NCBI GenBank assembly: GCA_040954595.2
Contig: CM082581.2
Location: forward strand, 6,998,699 to 7,062,698
Length of the DNA stretch: 64,000 nucleotides
Source: Balanoglossus misakiensis
Lineage: Eukaryota; Animalia; Hemichordata
Reading direction: 5' to 3'
Made by a program: the position numbers and the translations under genes
In this document: positions 51,155 through 61,666 of the stretch, one piece after another
Numbering within the stretch: position 1 is the first letter of the stretch
Layout: every line of letters starts with the position of its first letter
The notes under the pieces: generated by a model
Seen by the model: the letters and a program-made list of their open reading frames with translations, nothing else
The model's database searches: none
What the model was told of the DNA's origin: nothing

Positions 51155-52261
51155 ATGCCCCACACGCTCATCAAAGTTGTGTTTTGGCCAATTTGGTTAA
51201 CTTTCGCGGCAGTTCCTCGGATATCAAAGCTGTTCGGGGGTACCAGTACCGATGATGAACGCCCGCAAGAGGATGAACGCGCTGACCCAGGCTCTGACCA
51301 TGGCGACGCCGAAGGCTTCAGGGAACGGCTGACGCGTGTTCTTGATGCACTGACGGACCTGGTTCGACATCTGCCGGTGATCGGTCATTTCTTCACCTAC
51401 GCGGAGGAGCTGCGTCGATTTGTAACACGGATGGCCTCCCTCTGTAATCCGTTCACCATTGCCAGAAGTCTCTCGGGATTGGCCTTTGCTTGTCTGCAAA
51501 TGGCCGTCAAAAACGCGGTGTTTCTGGCCTTCGTCACCTTTCTGCTGATGAAGAGCGCAATGGGGCGAGTGCTTGGAACATTTGCGGCGGTCTTGCAGTT
51601 CGGTGGCACCGGCTGGGGTGACGGCGACTCGCTGGAAGAAATTGATCGGGATTCACAGGGTGCGTCGCCGCCGGTGGATACGTCGCCAACGACGCTCGGT
51701 TCAGTCTTCCGACTCAGCGAGCTGTCGGACTGGCTCGCCGGGCTGGCGACCACGATTCCCGTCACCGTCGGGAAATGCGCCCAGTTCGTCTTCCAGAGCG
51801 CCAGCTTCGTCATCATTCAGGGACTCTGCTCGCCCGTGAAAGCGCTGGTTGCCCTTCCAAAGCTCTGCCGCTGGGTCGTCCAGACAGTCGGGATGATCGG
51901 AAGGGATGTCGCGCGTCAACTGCAGGCAGCAATCGAGCGGGACAACAATAGCACCGACGGCGAAGATACTGGAGAGAACGACGGCGACGTCGACGATGGT
52001 GGTGCGATCGCGGACTCAGACCTGCTGGACGAGCAAACCCCGCGGACTCTGCTTCGACGCGTCCGGGCCCTGGAGAGACAACACGGAGAGGACAGCGAGG
52101 TGCTTCTGGCCACCCTGGCACGGATCGACATGTTCACCAGCAGAATGAGCAGCGGGTTCGGCCCGGTGGTGGCGGCCGGGGACGGCGCCGAAAAGATGAC
52201 ACCTAACTACGCCAACGTCGGACCCAGCATGTTGGCCTTCCCATCAGACAACAGCTTTTGA
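51155..52261 (+). CDS. Uncharacterised intronless 368-aa protein with hydrophobic helices and acidic linkers
   Basis: 1107-nt ORF from ATG 51155 (aatATG), GC-rich with clear codon bias against an AT-rich background; AATAAA at 52331. No recognised family motif. Confidence 0.8.
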   Translation: MPHTLIKVVFWPIWLTFAAVPRISKLFGGTSTDDERPQEDERADPGSDHGDAEGFRERLTRVLDALTDLVRHLPVIGHFFTYAEELRRFVTRMASLCNPFTIARSLSGLAFACLQMAVKNAVFLAFVTFLLMKSAMGRVLGTFAAVLQFGGTGWGDGDSLEEIDRDSQGASPPVDTSPTTLGSVFRLSELSDWLAGLATTIPVTVGKCAQFVFQSASFVIIQGLCSPVKALVALPKLCRWVVQTVGMIGRDVARQLQAAIERDNNSTDGEDTGENDGDVDDGGAIADSDLLDEQTPRTLLRRVRALERQHGEDSEVLLATLARIDMFTSRMSSGFGPVVAAGDGAEKMTPNYANVGPSMLAFPSDNSF

Positions 52262-52549
52262 AAAGATCTAAAAACACACGCGACAGTCTGTAGCCTCCAG
52301 TGGTTTAAGAGCGCACCTGTAATGTTGGTCAATAAAAGAACCTTTGAGAGTTCAATTCCTTTTCATATATCTTTATTTTTAATTAACGACCAAAAATACC
52401 ACGATAGATATTCAAGTTGTCGGTCTGATACTAAACAACAGCAACGCAGATGCCTTAACCCCAGGTTGCGTTTGCGTTTGGGGAAATACTGATGTAATGA
52501 CAAGGCCAGTGGGGTGGGGGTGAAAACTTCCACGTTCGATAAGTTTGTT

Positions 52550-53100
52550 ACTCATGGGTCGCCCTCTAACAAGCTTGACGTACCAACATTTGTTTTTCGG
52601 GAACTTCGACCATGTATACGGCGGCTTGTTCTATGTTTGTTTGGGGACGTGGACTTAGTCTGTAAGCAAATGTTTATTATAGCGGTGGATGGACCCCAGC
52701 ATTTCGACCCCGTCAATTTGACTCTGTTCATGCCGCAATACTCAACGTCCGTTGTCTCAAGACGACCACAATAAATGTAATTAGAGGTACATTCCCTACT
52801 GATCCAGGAGGGCGCACTTCATGATGGATGATTTGAAAGAGTCGAGGATGGAATATATTGCATCGTGTATGGAGGTATTTTGGCATGACCATGCCGAATT
52901 CCCGGCCCTACACGCACGCAAAGATGTAATAGTCCATGGACCATGACCCTAAGCATTTTCTCCTTTGGCATTCTTGCAGGATAGCTGCTTGCGCAGGGCC
53001 CATCTGTACAAGAATCCGTGTTGTCTGCGATTACGTAAAAGATGGGCGTGGCCTGCACTGGTCCAGCCGTGACATGACCTCCTTTTCGATTGACTCACAG
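52550..53100. mobile_element. Possible highly degenerate LINE RT remnants
   Basis: Plus-strand GSPSNKLDVPTFVFRELRPCI..LF resembles KSPGPDxIPxRVLKELAPxI; minus-strand ARMPKEKMLRVMVHGLL resembles RRxxxRLxMxYKxxHGLV. Weak similarity only. Confidence 0.25.
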
Positions 53101-53779
53101 TCCCTCAAGTGACTCTACTCAGATCCAGGAACCCCGTTACGTAACAAAGTGTTGTGACGTCCATCCAAGTCTTACAATAGAGGTAGGCTACCGATCCGTC
53201 TCATAATATCGGTGTTTTCTTGTATACTATAAGGACCCGGCCTACTCCACAGGTATTAATACATCTTCTTCAAACCACAATCAAAAACATGTAAATAAAC
53301 ACGTGTCATGATTTTTAATCAGGTTACAACTTTTAATCTGGTTATAATCATACCCCATAAATATTTGAGTGATAAAATATTAACCACACACACCTAGAGT
53401 GTTTAAATTCTGTGCAAAGGGTAAGGGCAGTCGTATTTATGTGTCTGATTTTATCGTTGCCCTTTGTAAATCCCGTTAAAGTGCGTACATTGGCAATTTG
53501 CATTTTCCACACAAGACAAAGCATGGATGTAATGTATAAAATGCAAATCACATAATGTACATGTGCGTTTTCTCGGAATGCCGAAAACTAATTAACGGTT
53601 AATTAACGATGGTTGCGTGGGCATGGCGGTACAATGCGATTCCGCGAATCACCATCTACTGTCTATGCGCGAATAAGTTCACGCTGACTGTGGGTGGATG
53701 AAAATTATCACTCGTACAGTTCGTGACGACGCCAATGATTTGCATATTAACAAGCGAAAGCTTTGCGTAACACAGGCGT

Positions 53780-56730
53780 GCACGATCCCAGTTGGTGATT
53801 TTGACCGCTTTCTAATGCACACACGGTCATAACCTCACTGCAGCCTCGAGCGACTTTCACGGACGGCGAAATCTGTGCGACACTACATTTTCAAAGAAGA
53901 GTGAAATCGCACCAGTCCCCTAAGCAGGTGAGTTACACATTTTTATCCTTTCGCTGAAAACGTCCGACTTCGTGCATACTAGTGGTACCAAGCGCGTTTT
54001 TTTTTACCGGGGTAATGTCTAAACGCAGTGGGCTTCATTCATTTCTTCGTGCAACGACCTTTTATCGCTCCACATTTCGCACAAAATGATAGCAAGTGGT
54101 AACGTTTATTAGTACTACCAACGAAGATTGTTCCGCTGTCTTCCGCAGACCAAAGTTGATAGACTCCCAATACCGTTCGTATTCCAATTTCCCTTGGAAA
54201 ACACCGGCGAACTTCGGTCATCGTAACACACAGTGATCCAGTTTGGTGGGTTTTTTTTAGCGTTGGTTGCTAAACATGAAAACACTTGTCTAAAAAATGG
54301 TTGTTTTCTTTCGCTTATCTCAACCACGTTCACCCCAGGTGACCGTGTCTGAACACATCCGAACGAGTTCGATTCAGTGCGGTGTCCTAGAACCACTTGA
54401 GTTTTTCCAGGTATTTGCTTTACCGTTACACAACACCCCAGCCATGACATAGAATTGCCGAAAAGGTCATTCACCGCCGCTGGTCTCCTGGCTGTGTGCA
54501 CAGACAGCGACACTTTTTTTGCAAGTCATGCCGTGGAAGAGACAAACGCAGACGGGGCAAAAACAACACCAGGGGCAACAGAAACAAAAAACACCAACGA
54601 ATCTATACCTTGTAGCCCTATGTACATGTAATGTGTTCTCAGTTCGTTTTGTGGGAATTTTTAAGTAAATGAAAACGAGTTTTTGTCTAGTCCTCAGTTT
54701 AGTTTAGCGTGCGTTAAAATGAAGACAATAATATAATAGTCGATACAGGATTGGTGACGTCTTTTCAGTCAATCCCCTCCCCCTAAAATCAATTCACATT
54801 ATCTATCTCTAAATAATTCCTATTTACCAAAACGGATAGTAAGTAGTATTAGTTTGCTTCATGTACTACCAAACCAAAAGATGATGCAATGGGCAAATGT
54901 CTTTCCGCGAAACCGCGAAAGCGATCGTTATTGTCCGAGTCTATTGTCCGTCACTTTGAATGGTCGGCCTGCAGGAGATAAAAACAATGCCAATTTGTAG
55001 TTTTTTTTAACTGTTTGTGCACTTGCTATGGGAGCCAATATAATGTGAAAATATACAGCTGCTGTTTTTGAAAAGACGTTTGTTTTGTGGCCAATAATAG
55101 CGCCTTAGCCTATTTTGAAATGCGTGTACGCGCGAGTTATTATTGTAAACGGAGAGTTATGATTTTATTTTCGTCGACGGCCTCTGCTTTTAACCCGGCA
55201 CATGCATTGTATATAAAAAAAGAATAATTTCGAGCTGTTTTCAAAGGGGGCACGGAGCAACCATCCCTTGGTATCGTAACCACCCTTTTCAACTACCGTT
55301 TCGTCACAGTGTTATGAACCAAATCCCATTATATTTCTACGGTAAAGTACTGAGACGTCTGCGTTCGGAAACGGAGGGGGGTGTTAACGTGGGCAACACT
55401 TTCATATTCATGATATTTATCCTTTCTTTTTCAGCCTTGAGGTCATTGACACGTCACTCGACCAGTTTATGAATTATTGAGCAGGCAGTGGTGAGTCAGC
55501 GGATTTTGAACGCCTACGAGTGTACATCTGTGACGGTGCGTGGGGGAGTCTTTTAATCCGCCTTCATCACTTGCCATGCATCTGCGGAATAAACCCGAAA
55601 GCAAGAGCGAAGGGTTAGTATCGCCGTTTACGATTCCTTTTCCCCGAATTCACGTTGAAGTCCGTGGTCAAGTAACGTATTGACTCAAAAGTGCTAGCAA
55701 TATTGCTGGAATGTTGAAAAATTCAATTATCAATGGGTTTCATCTGTTTAAGAGTTGTACTCTCGTTGTCATTCAATATTTAATTTTTTTGTTGGAGTGG
55801 TGCAGTGGGTTACCAGTCGTTGTACGTATAATATGACAGAACTTCATGACCTCTGCGCGCGATCTGTGCAGTACAGAAGTTATTTTCATGAGTGATAAGG
55901 TGTATTCTGCCGTGTATTTTTACGAGTAAAAAGTATTAGTTTATTTTTATAAAACCAACTTGTAAATAAGATTTTAAGTGTGAAAATTCTACCTTTACTG
56001 ATTCGTATACTTTTTTCCCAATTCAACAGACAGGAAAGGGCAAACAGAGGTGACAACCGCCAAAATTACGACACGGAGAGGCGAAACCGGGAGAACTTGC
56101 CGCGGGAACAAGTTTCCTCTCAGAGAAATCATCACGAACACGGGAGCACTGGCGCCAGCAGAAATGAACCCAGCGGCACAAATACCCCGAATCAGAACCC
56201 GGAGGTTTTTGGAAAATTCAAGAGCCGGCAAAATCTTGTCGATCTGCACTTGCGATGATGGCCCAAAATTGGCACCTAGGCTGTTGGTGTACTAGTAACC
56301 CTGTATATAAAGTGTTCTGATTCTTGTCGGCTGGTTTATTCCAGTTACACTTCTGATGTGGCGTCAGTCTCCCATGCAGGTTCTGCCCCCCATGTGATTT
56401 CCCACCGTGTAAAGCTAACTGGCACAGCGTCAAGAGGGCAGAGCCTGCGCAGATCGTGGCGACGCCTGGCCCGACAGACGTTGAGAGATGAAATCAGGTT
56501 GTGTATATAAACAAAAAAAAATGGATGTGGCGTGTTGAGGGCGTGCAAAGTTGTTCGTGAAGATTTTTTTAAAAAAGTTCTATTTTTGAAAGTACTGTGC
56601 ACACATTGTCAATATTATACCTTTAGCGTTTTAGGAATACGATTTATGTCACACTTTTAATATTTTGTGATTGTTGCTTCTTTGTCGTTCAAAATATTAT
56701 ATGCTTTAACTGAATAAATAACTGAAATAT
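53780..56730 (+). ncRNA. Candidate three-exon spliced lncRNA or micropeptide transcript
   Basis: Donor CAG|gtgagt at 53927/8; internal exon 55435-55490 (ctttctttttcag| ... GTG|gtgagt); acceptor ttttttcccaattcaacag| at 56030; AATAAA at ~56714. No long ATG-initiated ORF. Confidence 0.35.
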
Positions 56731-58181
56731 GAAATATATATTAGAATGTCTCGCTTGCTGATGTCGTTGTAAAAACTGCACTGTCAGCCGAGTCAGCTTT
56801 TCAGAAAAGTGATTTAGTATAACCGCGCCTATGTGCTGAACAACACCACTTTCCGTATCGTTTCAGAATAAACCGCAATGTTACTATGCAGGAACGGTAG
56901 TTTGGAGCATAGTCGCTGTGGTTTGGGGTGGTTCGCCATACCAGTACTGTAGTAGTAGTGATATGTACATGTATTTAGGGTAGTGTTGGCGTTTTTGACC
57001 GGGGAGGGCGAACACACCCCAGAAACGATACAAATGAACTCGGGACTCGACATTTGGTGGGTCAAATGTACGCGTATAGTTGTGCCCGAGTCAAAACGTG
57101 ACCAACGTGTCATTTTAGGGTCCCGATCTAAAGGTCCAAGAGACCTGTACGACATCACCATGGTCAAGATCATGATCACAGTCATCTCCATCCTCACCAC
57201 CCCCTCCCCGCCCCCCTCTCCAGACTTTACGTGTACTACACAATCACGAAAATACGTTTCTAAAAACTTGAAAGTAAAAACTTTATTTAAACCACTGGCA
57301 AGCAACGTAAATGTAGAATTCTCTTTACAAATATTTACAATTTAGACAAGGGAATATCAACTGCAAACTGTTATTGTATACTGAGTGAAGACGAAGTATT
57401 TACAAAAAAAAGTAATGCCTTGCATGATATACGATTACCCTGGTAACCAGAGATCGATGCGTCACAGACTCTAAAGCGGACGGACTTGCGTAAATTCAGT
57501 GATTAGTAAAGTTTATAGTCAGCTGTTAATACTGGCAAATAAAAACAAGTTACAGCCAAAATACGATTATTGTAGAAAGCCCTTGACCAGTTGTGTGGGG
57601 GCGAAAAACCCTGTTATTTGACAGTTTGAAAACTGGGGGGAGGGGCTAGCACTTGAATTACAGGCATTTTGCCTCAATGTCTAGGTTGATTATTTTTTGG
57701 CTGTATTTTAAACGACACTACAAGCAATTGAATTAATCAGGACGCGGGTAAAAGCATTAAAATCCAAAGGGTTGTCCGCAAGCCTGAGATGGCGCTCGCA
57801 AGTTAGCGACGAATCTCTCTGTCTTCTCGTGGCTGGTTCCCGTACCCAAGCACAGCGCACCCAGCGTTAGAAACTGGGATGGGAACCATATTCTCAGTAA
57901 CAACAGAATACAGCTGCAAATTATAGTGCAACACCCAGTACAGCGTTACACTCTGTAGTAAATAGTAGCACATGTTTTTGAAGTCCACATGATCGTTCAC
58001 AAACTCCAGTGTCCTGCATTGTCACTGTTATGTATAGGCGAGGTCAAGGAGTTACGTTGGCAATCATTTTGTTACGTAGATAATTCACAGTAACCATAGA
58101 GAACGGGTGCAGAAGCATTGCTTAAAATGCACGTTGCCATCGATCCGGCGTCTTACATATAATGTGGGCATCCGTAAATTC

Positions 58182-60832
58182 CTACTTCGTGTTTTGTCGG
58201 CGAAATTTCGCACTATGGCAGTATTTTTCGGTGTTGTTGTTGTTATTGGAGAAAATTCTATCGAGTCCCTGCGCCAGTTCCTTCAGCCTGGGGTCGTGCT
58301 GGATTTGCGGGCCCAGCTCCGTTGGCGTTGGCGGCGGTGTAGGGTAGCTTGACCGGCGCGAGCGTGACCTCCTCATATGCAGCAGAGTTCGTTCGTCGAT
58401 CGACAAAACTTTGCACATATTCGCCAACGTCTCCGAGCTCGAAGACGATCTCATCCTTTTGTTGTTCGGGTTTCTGATCCTGTATAGGATAGACCAAGAA
58501 AACAGAAGTTGGGTTATATGTACATTACAGTGTTTGGGTTATATATATTTAATTGGAGAATTGGAAAGAAAAAAACCCACAGGTCTAGTTCGCATTTTAA
58601 CTCAATCAACATTCTCCATTATTGTTGATTTTTATTGGCTCGATTTGCCCGTGATTAGAATACGACGGTCCGATTGTCAGCAGCATTGACGTGACGTCAC
58701 ACCAGCGGAGCTTGACCCCTGTCCCTACATATTTTACATACAATGTGGGCGTGTGTGTGACTACCCCCTATACATCCTGCTTGCCATGGTGGATATCTAT
58801 CCGCGACTGTTTGATAAACAACATACTATAAATATCAATATACTAATTGTTTTATGAATTTTCACGCCCACTCGTAATTCTTATGGTGACTTCAAGTTTC
58901 ACATGCAGTGTTAAATCATTCGAACAGCTGTGGTCAAACGTGACACGCGATTCAAATATGTCGACTTTCAGTGCAATATGTCAACGTTCACATTAAATAT
59001 CTACACTGACTCAAAGATTGGTGCAGCTAAACACAAACAATCTTCGAAGGCGTGGCCGCACCTCGAGTCATACGTCATGCGATATCTGACGAGCGAAGTA
59101 AACAGGATTGCATTATTTATAACTTTCGATGGTGTTTCATATCTGCGATGTTTAGAAAGCTATTATTCAACGTCGGGTTATTTGATGAGAATGATATATC
59201 AACAGCGTGTAGCCAGGACGCGAACGCGACAATTCTACGTAACCAAGTCTAAGTTAGAGTTATGCTTACGAATTTCCTTATTGACTGCAAATTTCTTTTT
59301 CTCGTTAACATATACACGGATTCGTGAGTCGTGAGCTTGCCGTGCGCGTCAAATGAACTCCTCGATGAAAATTCCCATATATATATACATAGGCCTACAT
59401 AAAGTAAATGACGAATTGTTCGATTATTTATGGTAATATTTACCAGATCGATAACTTATCAGTCGAACCAGGTAAACACGACATGTTTTCAACATAGGGC
59501 CAATCGAAATGTGATTGACAACTCATTTTATGCGGTTGTTTTATTTTTATAATATATGTTACCAGCTGTGGACGTGAAGGCACGCGCCGCCATTCCACAA
59601 ACACATATATCGCGTCGCTTGGTGGTAGCCTATATCCATATTTCGCGTAAACAACCACCTTATACAGGTTTGACACTCCAAGTGCGGCGGTCAAGCGTGT
59701 CAAAGTTCGAGAGGCATTTCGGACAGTCTTGCCGCGGTATTATTTGGTATTGCCCATTTGGAGTAGTCCCTTATCGCTTTTAATCAATGTGACAGGTATT
59801 TCTATGGGATTGCTTTTGTCATAAACAGAGCTCCGAATCTAAAAACGCAGAGCAAAAAAATTGACTGACCAAACCATATCTATTTATGCCGTAGAACGGA
59901 CTTATGTTATTTTTACAGGCAATAGTGAAACATGAATTGGATTTGAGGAAAGTTGGATTTATTGCTCATACACCAAAACACCGATAGTCCTATCCGTAGG
60001 GGTCCTGAAATAATCATTTTCACGGCGAGAGAAATGATAAAATATCGTCCTCTCTTGGTTAATATACCGGTGTTTGCTATGTAGCTTGCTCTTGAAGTCG
60101 TGGCCCACTTTCTTGACCATTTTGCATCGACACCAAAGGTATACTAAAAAGGTTTGTCGTAAACAACTAATACGGAATGACCCGTTCAAGACCCCGGGCT
60201 TCAAGAGCGCTTGGAATGCCCAGCGCTGAATAAATGATGCCGGTCGCCTTACACAGAGCAACGCGAAACGATATCACGTTGTAAAATAACACATGCTCGC
60301 AGAGACCGGCGCATAAACCAGTCGCTTAAATACCAGATCTTTTGGGGGAAAACAAAAAAGCGAATATTTTTCGTGAACTTTGACGGTAATGGATTGCAGT
60401 GCATGCGTGTAACATCATTTCATGGGTAGAATTCCGCGCATTGTACGGTTGATGTGGCTCACGGTACTGGCACGTAGGCATTCAACTTCTTCGGCCGACA
60501 CTTTCACGGCTATATACCCGGTCCCATCAAGATTGACTTGGACGCGGAAATACACATAAACGTGTGTTTCGTTTCGTCCATTTTCCGCCCCTTCTGCTGC
60601 CATGGAGACGCCCGCTTTGTGGCAGTATCGACTGTTCTATGAATTATAAATGAAGGTATCGGAGAGCTTACCCGGCCCAGTTGTTGGGTCTTGAGGAAAC
60701 CGGCGACGAGTCCGGTGTGATGATCTCGCTCGACGCCGTCGTCGTCGTCGTCGACGCGACTTCCCGATTCAGAACCGGCGTCGAGGTCTTCGGATAAACG
60801 CGTATGTCCTCAGCTTCAACTTCGCAGGCCAT
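58182..60832 (-). CDS. Two-exon 152-aa low-complexity/disordered protein (exons 60832-60672 and 58479-58182), BAD/BH3-only-like motifs
   Basis: ATG in good context (gacATGG), donor CGG|gtaagc (phase 2), acceptor atcctatacag|G. The joined ORF is 459 nt: MACEVEAEDIRVYPKTSTP...TPDSSPVSSRPNNWAG/IRNPNNKRMRSSSSSE...RRSRSRRSSYPTPPPTPTELGPQIQHDPRLKELAQGLDRIF...RRQNTK*. Both exons are GC-rich islands; minus-strand AATAAA at 57287-57282. Confidence 0.72.
58691..58700. promoter_or_regulatory. Perfect palindromic CRE (GTGACGTCAC) in the intron of the 152-aa gene
   Basis: Direct sequence match to the CREB/ATF consensus; further TGACGTCA sites at ~61710 and ~62776. Confidence 0.4.
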
Positions 60833-61610
60833 GTCTCAGTACACCATATCCGAGGCCATTGTCAGAACCTTGTGTTTAGCTTTTCTTTGCTGTCAGAAAC
60901 GGCACACGTCCACCCATGAAAACCAGACGTTGCAACGGTCGTCTCGTTTCGAGGAATACTGTTGCCGTGTTTAGTAATGGGGGATTTCTGACTGGCTCGA
61001 GCTGAGGTCACAATTTACATGTCGGGTTATCTATGCAACTCAAACATATGCAGATGTGTAGGCGGCTGTTCGGGTGTATCATTAAAGGGAAACTGCTGTG
61101 TCCACCCGCGGGGTCGTTGCGACCAAGCGCTGTGCCGCTCTGTGACAAGTGCGTCTGCGCGGCGTCGGCGACTTAATTATACCCTCTGATATTATATGCT
61201 CTTTTCGCATTGGACGAGAAGATGCTAATAGGTCTTAAATCGAAACTTTGACACCTATATCGATCCGCTACCCAGCCTACCCCGATGTTTCGTTCGTGGT
61301 TATATAACCAGCTTGTATATTGCCGATAAATGATTGATCTGAAAGGGACACTGGTAGCTCGTCAACCCTGGGGGCAAAACCTTCTAAATCAAGCCATTCT
61401 TTACATCGCGTTGCGTCATAAATCCCAATCCGATCGATGTGACAGCCCCCGGTCACGTAGTCTCCCGGTGTAGTCTCTCAGTGTGTCAGCGGGCATCTAC
61501 CCGCCGCTGATCTGACATATTCAGGCCATGGATAGGGTTGAGTGTGGATGAAATGTAATATAGCAGATACCACCACAATAACCGCCACCATGATCGTCAT
61601 CACCGTCATC

Positions 61611-61615
<5 letters not shown>

Positions 61616-61666
<51 letters not shown>
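61616..61666. repeat. (GAT)17 microsatellite
   Basis: Uninterrupted gat repeats. Confidence 0.95.

Noticed and set aside
51224-52148. Multiple overlapping ORFs within the 368-aa gene
   Set aside because: GC-rich frame shadows of the main ORF.
60811-60819. In-frame TGA-AGC-TGA as a possible selenocysteine pair
   Set aside because: No ATG-initiated frame leading to a selenoprotein fold, and no SECIS identifiable by eye; the ATG frame gives a simpler model.
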